IMG/VR virus record: IMGVR_UViG_3300014613_000031 | Location: 1 to 55,534 of that record | Source of the DNA: a virus | Taxonomy: Duplodnaviria; Caudoviricetes | DNA: 55,534 nt | Strand: one strand, 5' to 3' | Part shown: one piece after another, positions 36,935 through 45,649 of the stretch | Position numbering within the stretch: position 1 is the first letter of the stretch | Layout of the letters: the number at the start of each line of letters is the position of its first letter | Position numbers and translations under genes: made by a program | The notes under the pieces: model-generated | The model's input: the letters and a program-made list of their open reading frames with translations, nothing else | What the model was told of the DNA's origin: nothing | Database searches by the model: none

Positions 36935-37680
36935 TTCGTCTCCTTATAGAAGCGCAGATCAGGTGGATTTGGCTCAAGTGCTGTCCTCTTCAGTGGGTAG
37001 TAAAACGTGAACGCTTCGGCATATCTGATACCTTCCGGCCTGCCCTGCTCACCTTCAAAGCTCTTCATCCGATCCCACAACATGGTGATGTTGTCGAGTC
37101 CCTGTGACCTATATTGGAATAGGGCCTTGACCTTCCTATCCACCGCCTCCCCTATGTCCACCAACAGGTCGGGGGCCTGTGCCACTCCCGATATCCTTAC
37201 AGACTCGGGCCTGAATTGGACACCAAAGAAATACACCATCGGAACCCAGTGCTTCTCCACATCCACCCAAGGGTACTTCACTGCTGCCTTCAGAGCCCGG
37301 CATACTATCTTGCCACATTCGGCGTGATCCCAGTGGGCGAATTCGTTGGGATGGTGGGTAATGACGATGTCTGGCTTCTGCTGGCAAATATACTTTGCCA
37401 CCTCCCTAACATTCTCGGCAGTCAATATCAAGGGCTCATCACTATTATTAAATAAATAAGTTTCTTTACACCCCAAATAATTGCAAGTACCCTTAAACTC
37501 CTCACACTTCATATCTACTATACTCATCCCGGAGGTAGGTTTGATAGTAGTATGACTATTCATCCCATACGTCATGGTGGCAGCAACCACTTCATCTCCC
37601 CTGTCAGCATGTAAGCACATCGTCCCTCCGGCCAAATCCACTGGATCAGCCGGATGAGCCCCTATCACAAGTAATTTCAT
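36931..37680 (-). CDS. PIG-L/LmbE-family metalloenzyme (HPAD variant)
   Basis: AHPAD, PDIVITH, HWDH, YAEAF; start at MKLLVIG after a GGAGG RBS. Confidence 0.8.
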   Translation of the reverse strand: MKLLVIGAHPADPVDLAGGTMCLHADRGDEVVAATMTYGMNSHTTIKPTSGMSIVDMKCEEFKGTCNYLGCKETYLFNNSDEPLILTAENVREVAKYICQQKPDIVITHHPNEFAHWDHAECGKIVCRALKAAVKYPWVDVEKHWVPMVYFFGVQFRPESVRISGVAQAPDLLVDIGEAVDRKVKALFQYRSQGLDNITMLWDRMKSFEGEQGRPEGIRYAEAFTFYYPLKRTALEPNPPDLRFYKETK

Positions 37681-37870
37681 TTTTTTGCCTCCTTGTTCAA
37701 AATCCCCTTGTCGATGAGTTTTATCTCCAATCGTTGTATTCCCAGTTGCAGTTCCTTCCCATCCCAGTAAGGCCAACCACAATTATCACAAAGCAGGTCC
37801 AACCTACCACATTGTACTGAACTACATCTCTGACATATCAGAGTTCCCATTGGCTTGGTCAGTGTACCCA

Positions 37871-38089
37871 TCACATCCAAATCCATTCGAATCGGACCCA
37901 GTTCACAGTCGCCGGATTCTGCAAACTCATGGCGTAGTTCATAGCCGCCCCCATCCGATCTATATATATCGGAGGATTGTCCAGATCCCACTGGGTAAGT
38001 GACCAGGATCTTGTAAGCTTATTGATCGGCTCACCTGGAACCACCCCTGCCATAACAGTCACCTGACACTTCAATGCCTCCTGATTCAT
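37871..38089 (-). CDS. hypothetical protein
   Basis: ATGA overlap; YAMSLQNP..VNWV. Confidence 0.5.
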   Translation of the reverse strand: MNQEALKCQVTVMAGVVPGEPINKLTRSWSLTQWDLDNPPIYIDRMGAAMNYAMSLQNPATVNWVRFEWIWM

Positions 38090-38649
38090 CCCCGACCTCC
38101 TTGCTCATCTACCCATTGCTCCCTGGTAATCCCCATGCAGACTACATCCATCCTGACACAGTCTTCAAACTGAACATGACTGGGTTTGATCCCTTCCCTA
38201 CAGAATCCTGCCCGCTCCCAAGTCCTCAAAGCCGCAACATTTCCTGCAAAAGTCTCTATACACACATGCCCCATACCCAAGTCGGTGAATGCCCACCACA
38301 GTAGCTTCTTCATCACCCTCACAGCTACACCCCGCGCCTCCACTATATAAATGAAGGCTTCGCAAAATTTGTGGAAGTTATTCACCCCGGACACCCCTGT
38401 CAGGCCAACTGGCTCGCCGTCCGCATAAACCACGAAGGCCCTGTACTTATCGGGATTATCCTTAACCCACAGAAGCCAACAGCGATGCTCATCAAGCTGA
38501 ATCTCATGGTTCTGATACATCCATCTCCGCACTTCCCAACCATTTCGCCAGTCAAGCACCTTCCTTTTGACGGAAGGACTCTCTGACCTCAGGTCAGCCA
38601 GTTCTATCCGGACACCGTCTTCCTTACTGTAGACTTTCATTTCCTTCAT
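38086..38649 (-). CDS. pseH: GNAT N-acetyltransferase, PseH-like
   Basis: WRN..VRRWMY..HEI..DEH..W; N..A..WERAGF..EG. Confidence 0.75.
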   Translation of the reverse strand: MKEMKVYSKEDGVRIELADLRSESPSVKRKVLDWRNGWEVRRWMYQNHEIQLDEHRCWLLWVKDNPDKYRAFVVYADGEPVGLTGVSGVNNFHKFCEAFIYIVEARGVAVRVMKKLLWWAFTDLGMGHVCIETFAGNVAALRTWERAGFCREGIKPSHVQFEDCVRMDVVCMGITREQWVDEQGGRG

Positions 38650-38986
38650 CCCCAAGGGAGTCACCCTCAATATCTGACTCACCCTGAAACTTACTGGACA
38701 GCTCCGTAAACATGGACTCATCTAACTTTTTCCTAACCCCATTCAGGGCATCCGCCAGGACGTCAGTCTTCCCAACCATGCCACACAGCTGGTAAACAAC
38801 ATAGAACAGGGAGAGCATGAGGATGAACTCCACGTTGTCTTCCTTGTCCAATTCTCCCTTGATCCCTACCAATGAAGCAGAAATTGTGCCCTCAAAACTT
38901 GTCTTATCCTCCCCCTCTGCAAAGACTGACTCAACGAATGCTGCGGCAAAGGCCTCAAACTTGGGGTCAAACTTCCTCTCATCCAT
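38624..38986 (-). CDS. acidic hypothetical protein
   Basis: AAGGAGG RBS; coupled. Confidence 0.5.
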   Translation of the reverse strand: MDERKFDPKFEAFAAAFVESVFAEGEDKTSFEGTISASLVGIKGELDKEDNVEFILMLSLFYVVYQLCGMVGKTDVLADALNGVRKKLDESMFTELSSKFQGESDIEGDSLGDEGNESLQ

Positions 38987-39345
38987 TACACAACCTCCTT
39001 CCGCAATGGTTTCGCCAGCAGGGTTTCCACCAGCCTCAACTTAGAAACGAGCCTTCCCTTTTGTCTCTTAAGTCGGTCATGGACCTGCTCAGACAGGGTG
39101 GGATGCTCCATCAGCTTCACCAACTTCTTCTGTGGTCTATTCATCTTGTACACCTCCTTCGCCTTCAAGTATAGGGCCCTGAAAGAACCCTCTGAATTGA
39201 CAATCTGTCCCGTCGTCTTCTGGACTACTCGCCCATCGCCCTGGAGGAACCGCTTCACCGTCCTCAGCACGGAGTAGTCCTTCTGCCGACGAGACAGGCC
39301 CCCATACACTTCCTCCCTCAACCGTTTGGCTACACTATTCCTCAT
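38986..39345 (-). CDS. basic hypothetical protein
   Basis: MRNSVAKRLR...FRALYLKAK. Confidence 0.5.
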   Translation of the reverse strand: MRNSVAKRLREEVYGGLSRRQKDYSVLRTVKRFLQGDGRVVQKTTGQIVNSEGSFRALYLKAKEVYKMNRPQKKLVKLMEHPTLSEQVHDRLKRQKGRLVSKLRLVETLLAKPLRKEVV

Positions 39346-40730
39346 ATGCCCTTCACCCCCGTCTCCTCAATGAACTGTTGATGCCACCCATACACCTTCT
39401 CATCCGATGCCCCGGAACAATTACAGGCAAGAACCCTCCCCTGTTCCCCAAGGCTCTCCACCCACTCCTCAAAAAGAGGCTCAGTATCAAAAACATATTT
39501 GGCCCTCAAATTAATATTGGCCATATCCTTGAACAGTGGGGTGCCTGGGTATGGGGTCATGAAGAACACCGCTGATGGGACCACTCCCATATCTTTACAG
39601 AACTTTATGCTCTCAGAGATGGTTTCGTCAGTCTCTCCCGGTGTCCCCACTATGAAGGTGAAGTCCTCGAAGGGCAAGTACTTCCTCACCAACGCGATGA
39701 ACCTCTCGTACTGCTTCACTGTGGACTTCTTGTTCATAGCTCGGAGCATAGTGGGACTCCCACTCTCCAGCCCCAACCAAAGACCCACACAACCTGCCCC
39801 TGCCACAGCCCTTATGGCTTCTTCACTTAAGGAGGCCCTACCCGTGCAGGACCATGTAAGCCCTTCTACCACCCCACTCTCCTTCCTGCTGAGTTTCATC
39901 TGCCTTGAAAAATTAATTAGATTCTTACCAAAAGCACCAAAGGCATCATCATTAAAGTGGAGGTAATCTACGCCATACTTACTCCGAAGGAACTCCATCT
40001 CACTAATGATTTTGGAAGGCTCCCTCATCCTGTAACCCTCACCCATGTAGCAGTGGAAGCAGTAGCAACAACTAAATGGACACCCACGACTCCCTATGAT
40101 GTTCATACTCTTCACCACTGCTTCTCCCTTACCATCTATCCATTTCCGTTTGTTGTAAGGACCGATTGGATTTCTAATGTAGGTGTACATCGGAAACAGA
40201 TCATAGGCTGGGAAGGGGAGCAAGTCAAGTTGACCTTCAGGTAGGGTGGTAACAGGAGGGAACACCTGTGGACCAGTGGGAGTCTTCACAGCCACCCCTT
40301 CTCTCCCCCTCATTGAATCGAAGGTGGAAGGGAAGAGTCTCAATATGGTTTTCTCCCCCTCACCCATCGCACATAGATCAACCTCTGTATTATTCAATAG
40401 TAACTCAGGGACAGAAGTAGCAAGGGGTCCTCCACAGATTATCTCTACACCCTGTCCACACTGATCCCTGCACATCTTGGCTATCCGTTTCACTTCACCA
40501 TACTGGGTGATGATGCCAGTCAACCCCACCACATCAGGATCATACCTTTGCAGTTCTCTCACCAGAGCTTCATCATCAAGTCGTAGGGCATTCAAGTCCA
40601 GCACGCTGACTATGTGATGTGTAAGCTCACGTAAGGTTGAAGCTATATAGCCGAGACCTGTTGGGAAACAGTTTGGCTCGGCCCACTCCCTGACCACAGG
40701 GTTAATCAGCAGTATCTTCTTAGGCTTCAT
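39342..40730 (-). CDS. cobalamin-dependent radical SAM enzyme (class B methyltransferase-like)
   Basis: PTGLGYIAS, GGP, GEGE, SRGCPFSCCYC, GLESG, TPYPGT. Confidence 0.9.
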   Translation of the reverse strand: MKPKKILLINPVVREWAEPNCFPTGLGYIASTLRELTHHIVSVLDLNALRLDDEALVRELQRYDPDVVGLTGIITQYGEVKRIAKMCRDQCGQGVEIICGGPLATSVPELLLNNTEVDLCAMGEGEKTILRLFPSTFDSMRGREGVAVKTPTGPQVFPPVTTLPEGQLDLLPFPAYDLFPMYTYIRNPIGPYNKRKWIDGKGEAVVKSMNIIGSRGCPFSCCYCFHCYMGEGYRMREPSKIISEMEFLRSKYGVDYLHFNDDAFGAFGKNLINFSRQMKLSRKESGVVEGLTWSCTGRASLSEEAIRAVAGAGCVGLWLGLESGSPTMLRAMNKKSTVKQYERFIALVRKYLPFEDFTFIVGTPGETDETISESIKFCKDMGVVPSAVFFMTPYPGTPLFKDMANINLRAKYVFDTEPLFEEWVESLGEQGRVLACNCSGASDEKVYGWHQQFIEETGVKGI

Positions 40731-41218
40731 TCCTCCTCCCCACCTTTGTAAAGCTTCTCGTAGATGTGGTAGGTAACAGGACCACCCTTCGCATACTGTT
40801 CCTGCTCTTCATCGGACAGCGACGCAAATTCCCATATCAGTTCAGCCCTCTCCATAGCCCATCCAAGAAAACACTCTGTATTACAGAAGTGGGGGCTCCT
40901 ATCTGTGAATCCTGTAGAAGTGGGGATCATATCATCCAGCATGAGACATTTGTTTTCCGGCCCTATTGCCCTCATCTGTAAGTGGCCATTGATATCGCCC
41001 TTGACAAATAGGAACAGGATGGTGCCTGGGTGCCTCCTATGCCTCAGGGTGCCACAGTGGTGACAATTATACTTCTCTGCGGCCTGCAGCTTACTCAACT
41101 TGGCGGGATCATCCGTATAGGTTTCATCACTCATAGCTATCCACTCCTTGATTTTGCCGTCCCTTATGGAACCGTCCGGATTCAAGGCAGCACTCACACT
41201 TTCCCACTCCTCTCCCAC
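40727..41218 (-). CDS. hypothetical protein
   Basis: CHHCG...HFCNTEC. Confidence 0.5.
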   Translation of the reverse strand: MGEEWESVSAALNPDGSIRDGKIKEWIAMSDETYTDDPAKLSKLQAAEKYNCHHCGTLRHRRHPGTILFLFVKGDINGHLQMRAIGPENKCLMLDDMIPTSTGFTDRSPHFCNTECFLGWAMERAELIWEFASLSDEEQEQYAKGGPVTYHIYEKLYKGGEEE

Positions 41219-41925
41219 AGGGCCAAGGCCAGAATATAATCAAGCTCAGTATCGATGTTAATGCCCCTACTGGCAGGCATCTCATATCCGACCATCCCTT
41301 CTATATAAAACTCTTCTTGCTCCTTGAACATCTCTATGTCACAGACATAGACCGCACCGTTGCTGACATACCTATCCAATTTGGTGCCAGATTCAACCCA
41401 CTCCCTATTCCAATCAGGGAAATATCCAATTGGTTCCGTGTAAGGTGACAATTCTCCGGCTTCCCCTGCACGCATTATGGTATTAGGGTTTGCATATGTC
41501 CTGGTCATCGACATCACAGGCTTCCGCCCACATCTCAGGAACAATTCATAGGCCACCTGTATATCGGCTGGCTCACAAAAGGGAGAGGTGGGTAAGGTCA
41601 TGACAAACGAGTCATAATACTTGCCCACCATCTCTATTGAGTGGAGGACAACCTCCACCGCTCGTACATGGGGAGCAGACAACCCCTCAGGCCGAACGAT
41701 GATGTTGATCTCCACAGGGGTGGGTCTTTCAAGGAAGTAGTCAATAATCCAATGGGACTCAGTAGACAAGTAAACCCCTCCTGGGGCCAATCCACTCCAT
41801 ACAGCCCTGTCCACAGCATGCTCCACCAAGGGTTTCCTACCGAGGGGGAGCATATTCTTATTCTTCAACCGTACTGATTCAGCCTTAGCAGGTATCAATA
41901 TAAATGGTTTACCTTCCGTAGTCAT
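41194..41925 (-). CDS. neuA: CMP-nonulosonic acid synthetase (NeuA/PseF cytidylyltransferase)
   Basis: IPAKAESVRLKNKN, PTSPF, NGAVY, INIDTELD; start MTTEGK after GGAGGAG. Confidence 0.88.
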   Translation of the reverse strand: MTTEGKPFILIPAKAESVRLKNKNMLPLGRKPLVEHAVDRAVWSGLAPGGVYLSTESHWIIDYFLERPTPVEINIIVRPEGLSAPHVRAVEVVLHSIEMVGKYYDSFVMTLPTSPFCEPADIQVAYELFLRCGRKPVMSMTRTYANPNTIMRAGEAGELSPYTEPIGYFPDWNREWVESGTKLDRYVSNGAVYVCDIEMFKEQEEFYIEGMVGYEMPASRGINIDTELDYILALALWERSGKV

Positions 41926-41956
41926 ATTACAACTCCTCCAGCCCACATAGTAATTA

Positions 41957-42178
41957 CTATACTTTATCGCTTGGGGATGGCCAATCACGAGCCACAAACT
42001 TCTCAACCTTTGCGTCATAACCACCCGCCATGGACACCAGACTGATGACCTTGTCCTGACTTGTCACCACACTCTCCTCAAGGACTTCCCTGGCATCAGC
42101 CTTGCTCTTAGCCTTTATAATGTAGTATTTTATTTCAAACACTTCCACCAGATCTTGTAATTTTTCTACCATATTCAA
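41957..42178 (-). CDS. hypothetical protein
   Basis: First gene after the 42191 promoter. Confidence 0.45.
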   Translation of the reverse strand: MNMVEKLQDLVEVFEIKYYIIKAKSKADAREVLEESVVTSQDKVISLVSMAGGYDAKVEKFVARDWPSPSDKV

Positions 42179-42190
42179 CTCCTCTTTTTT

Positions 42191-42218
42191 CTATTATATA
42201 ATATTTTCCTGATTTTTT
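42191..42218 (-). promoter_or_regulatory. conserved phage promoter copy
   Basis: Identical to 23741-23768. Confidence 0.75.
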
Positions 42219-42233
42219 TCTTAAATTATTTTT

Positions 42234-42527
42234 TCATCTGTTGGAGGTCCTCAAATTCACAGGATACTCCCCATTTATTTCCTTCATCCCCATCAGATCC
42301 AACCGCTGGTGTCTGATGGCCCTACAATTCCCACTGCAGGTTAGTCGGTCAGCCCAAATCACTATCTTCCCAAGGGACCTACCTGTGGACACAAACACTT
42401 CCTCCTGAAACTTCTTCATAATAGGCTCCCCACAAATCTCGCACCGCCTTCCGATAGGCTCTCCAGTGATGATAGCCCTCACACCTTCACAACTGTTACC
42501 CCATTTTAACAGAACACCATCTGCCAC
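42234..42527 (-). CDS. hypothetical Zn-finger protein
   Basis: CEICG...TCSGNC. Confidence 0.45.
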   Translation of the reverse strand: MADGVLLKWGNSCEGVRAIITGEPIGRRCEICGEPIMKKFQEEVFVSTGRSLGKIVIWADRLTCSGNCRAIRHQRLDLMGMKEINGEYPVNLRTSNR

Positions 42528-42529
42528 TG

Positions 42530-43558
42530 CTACCCCTCCGATGGAATAGACTTAACCAAATTATTCAAATCAGGATAAGTCATAAGCCAATCCCTTGAGC
42601 ACATACTGAAATTCGAGGGTACAGGATGACCCCCCTCGGCAAACCTGCGAGTAAAAAAAGCCAACTTAGGCCTCACCATATAATAGGCCTTGTATTCCAG
42701 AGTGCAATCAACTTCCTCCGGAGCAATCAGCATCTCATGGATCTTCTCACCGGGTCTTATACCCACCTCCTTAATTGACTTATTCCCAAACCCCAGTGCC
42801 GAAATCAACGCCTGCAAATAGGCTGAACCTATCTTGGGTACAAAAATCTCCCCTCCAACCATACCCCCTAATCTATCCAGAACGAACTGTACGCTCTGAG
42901 ACAATGTCCACCAAAAGCGAGTCATCTCAGTGCTGGTAATCTCGAGTTCCCCCTGCTTGGCCTGCTCCTTGAATAGCTGAACCACACTCCCCCTACTGGC
43001 CAAGACGTTTCCATATCGAACCACCGAGAACTTCGTGTAGTCTCTCTGTACTCCCTCAATGGAGACTTCCTTCGCAGAGCTGTGGGCATTGGAAGCCACA
43101 AAAATCTTCTCAGCACACAGCTTAGTAGCCCCATACAGATTCACAGGATTGACCGCTTTGTCCGTACTCAAGGCCATCACTCGATCCACCCCACTGATGA
43201 TGGCTGCCTGAACCACATTGTTGGCTCCAATAATATTGGTCTTCACCGCTTCGAAGGGATTGTACTCACAGAGAGGAACCTGCTTCAGTGCTGCAGCATG
43301 GATCACTATATCCACCCCTCTGAACGCCACAGTCAGCCTGGCCTTGTCCCTCACGTCCCCTATGAAGAAGCGGAGCTTGCCCTTCGGAAAGGAACCAAAC
43401 TTCTCTATCATCTGGCCCTGCTTGAACTCGTCCCTTGAGTATATGATAATCTTCCTCGGCCCGTTCCACAGGGCTAACAGCCGCTCAGTCATGGCCTGGC
43501 CGAAGGAGCCAGTACCTCCAGTTATCAGCACTACCTTATCTTCTAAAATATAACTCAT
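42530..43558 (-). CDS. pseB: UDP-GlcNAc 4,6-dehydratase (inverting), PseB
   Basis: TGGTGSFG, YSRDEFKQ, HAAALKQVP..EYNPFE, STDKA..P.NLYGATK, RYGNV..SRGSV, MTRF. Confidence 0.93.
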   Translation of the reverse strand: MSYILEDKVVLITGGTGSFGQAMTERLLALWNGPRKIIIYSRDEFKQGQMIEKFGSFPKGKLRFFIGDVRDKARLTVAFRGVDIVIHAAALKQVPLCEYNPFEAVKTNIIGANNVVQAAIISGVDRVMALSTDKAVNPVNLYGATKLCAEKIFVASNAHSSAKEVSIEGVQRDYTKFSVVRYGNVLASRGSVVQLFKEQAKQGELEITSTEMTRFWWTLSQSVQFVLDRLGGMVGGEIFVPKIGSAYLQALISALGFGNKSIKEVGIRPGEKIHEMLIAPEEVDCTLEYKAYYMVRPKLAFFTRRFAEGGHPVPSNFSMCSRDWLMTYPDLNNLVKSIPSEG

Positions 43559-43770
43559 CTCGGGAACCTCCATGAAATATCACCATCACTCGCTTCATAT
43601 CCATAAGCCTTCTTCCAAACCTTCCTGGCTGCCTCCCGCATCTCTTCACGTTGCCCTTCACTCGGTAGGAACCTTATCCCACAACCCGCACCAAGGGCAT
43701 CCCTGGATGCGGCCGCTATAAGCACCTGCAAGGCCGTCCGTGTTGTCATCCACCTCTTTTTATTCTCCAC
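43555..43770 (-). CDS. hypothetical protein
   Basis: Coupled between transferase-C and pseB. Confidence 0.45.
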   Translation of the reverse strand: MENKKRWMTTRTALQVLIAAASRDALGAGCGIRFLPSEGQREEMREAARKVWKKAYGYEASDGDISWRFPR

Positions 43771-44294
43771 ATCAATCTCCTCATTGTGGTCCCAATTCCT
43801 GTGGGGTGAATAACTGCAACAGACTCAAGGGGTCCCCCTCCAAGAAGAAAAGAAGACAATTGCCACAAAGTCATATTGGTATACTCCCCCATTGGGACAT
43901 ATTGTATCGTTGTTCCTTTTAAATCATGCCCAGTCCTTGAATACACAGGGCTATCTGTGACAATTGGGGATACACACAACACAGGAAGTCCCACCCTAAC
44001 CGCCTCAAGCAATGGAGTAGATGGGAAGTCCAGGAAGACCATGTCACAGCGTCTCAGCTCACCACCGAGACTCCTGGTACTGTATCTTATACGATTCGAC
44101 TTGAGAAGTCTAATTGGATCAGGAAGGGCGTTGGTGCGAGGGCCAGCCTTCCAAATAGTCTTCTGTCCAATGCTATCCAAAAACGCCCACAGAGATCTCT
44201 GCCACGCATAGTACCAAGTATCCACATTCAGAGGTGGCTGGAATCCCTTATCCCACCGATAAATATTTGGGGCGTATAACAGGACCTTCTTCAT
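43746..44294 (-). CDS. C-terminal Rossmann half of a GT-B (sialyl/nonulosonyl-transferase-like) enzyme
   Basis: KKVLLYAP...WKAGP...DMVFLDFPSTPLLEA..GLPV; ATGA overlap with the upstream gene. Confidence 0.55.
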   Translation of the reverse strand: MKKVLLYAPNIYRWDKGFQPPLNVDTWYYAWQRSLWAFLDSIGQKTIWKAGPRTNALPDPIRLLKSNRIRYSTRSLGGELRRCDMVFLDFPSTPLLEAVRVGLPVLCVSPIVTDSPVYSRTGHDLKGTTIQYVPMGEYTNMTLWQLSSFLLGGGPLESVAVIHPTGIGTTMRRLMWRIKRGG

Positions 44295-45394
44295 ATAACC
44301 TCCGTCATCAGTCCCCACTCCTTAACTTTGCCCCTGTAGAAGTGGGCGTCCTCCACCGTATTACTCAGATATGCATCGAAGAACTTAAACCGAGTCAATT
44401 CACGCTCCCACATATCATAAGCATCCCACCCGTGACGCGCATAGATAGTTGGAATACCATGCTCTCTTACTGCCATCAGAGCAGCATATTGGTAGGGTCT
44501 ATTCCTCCTGTTGAATATCAGACATAGGGGATCAATACCATCGAACTTTAACTGACCAAAGATAGTCGAGTACTTCCCCTTCAGCCACACAATCTTTGGG
44601 ACTATTACATCAAGGAAATAATTTACCTTCCTCTCCAGTATGTCCCTGGCTACTAAATTTAAAGGATAGTAAAACTCATCAAACCTATAAGTGGAAGGCC
44701 AATTCCTTGGCTGTAAAGTTTCAAGAACAGGCAGCAAGCTACACCGATAACCATGAAGCCTCAACCATCTCATCATTCCAGGCATAGGGGAAGCAAACAT
44801 GAAATACTTCCCACGATAAGTAGGCAAGAAGCTAAAGCATCTGAAGTAATCATAGACCCTCCTCAGGATGGGGTTGTCTCTCCACGCCTCCCTGCCTTCC
44901 ACACGGGATGTCACCTCAGACGCAACTACCTTCAATTGAAGCCTTTCCCACCACAGGGCCCTTGCCATAGACAAGTAAAGACTTTGCCCCTTAAAATACA
45001 GCTCATCATCTTCCACATCTCCCAGGCGTCCAGCATCAACAAAATATAAAACCTCATCTGGCTGTTCCGTCTCAGCAATGGTGTTCATCTGGGCATACCT
45101 CCTCGTGAAGGCATCTACCACATTCTTCAACATCGTCAGGCAGTGGGTGCCGACCCTCCACTCTCCACAGCCCTTAAATATCAGATCATCAATGCTGTCC
45201 AGCCAACTACAAAACCACCCTGTGTAACTCGGGGTCTCCTCCCACACCAGGTACTTCTCAGGTATTTTGTACTCCCATCCACGAGCATCAAACTCATACA
45301 TGGCCAGTGGGGTCAAGGCTATGATAGTATCTCCCTTATAAGTTGCGATAGACTCGTCAAAGTCCTCAACGAATATTAATCTTTTAGTTTTCAT
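44291..45394 (-). CDS. N-terminal part of a capsule/surface-carbohydrate transferase-like protein
   Basis: IIALTPLAMY; GIPTIYARHG (compare GIP...QHG motif). Confidence 0.55.
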   Translation of the reverse strand: MKTKRLIFVEDFDESIATYKGDTIIALTPLAMYEFDARGWEYKIPEKYLVWEETPSYTGWFCSWLDSIDDLIFKGCGEWRVGTHCLTMLKNVVDAFTRRYAQMNTIAETEQPDEVLYFVDAGRLGDVEDDELYFKGQSLYLSMARALWWERLQLKVVASEVTSRVEGREAWRDNPILRRVYDYFRCFSFLPTYRGKYFMFASPMPGMMRWLRLHGYRCSLLPVLETLQPRNWPSTYRFDEFYYPLNLVARDILERKVNYFLDVIVPKIVWLKGKYSTIFGQLKFDGIDPLCLIFNRRNRPYQYAALMAVREHGIPTIYARHGWDAYDMWERELTRFKFFDAYLSNTVEDAHFYRGKVKEWGLMTEVI

Positions 45395-45638
45395 CGAGCC
45401 ATTCCCTGACTTTTTTCTCTTTTTCCAGTCTTCTCGGCACCCATGAAGTAGATTTATCAGGGTTAACTTTTAATTCATATTTTACATTTCCACTGATAGC
45501 AGCTATTTGTCCCTGTTTATATCCATCCTTATACCCCAAGAGGTGAACAAGGCAAACAAAAAGCACAAATAACACAATACCAAGTATTGTTACTAACTTA
45601 CCACTCCCCCTATTATTAGAATTTTTCATTCTTCTCAC
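45384..45638 (-). CDS. small membrane protein
   Basis: TM helix then GYKDGYKQGQIAA. Confidence 0.55.
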   Translation of the reverse strand: MRRMKNSNNRGSGKLVTILGIVLFVLFVCLVHLLGYKDGYKQGQIAAISGNVKYELKVNPDKSTSWVPRRLEKEKKVREWLDEN

Positions 45639-45649
45639 CTCCTTTCTTT

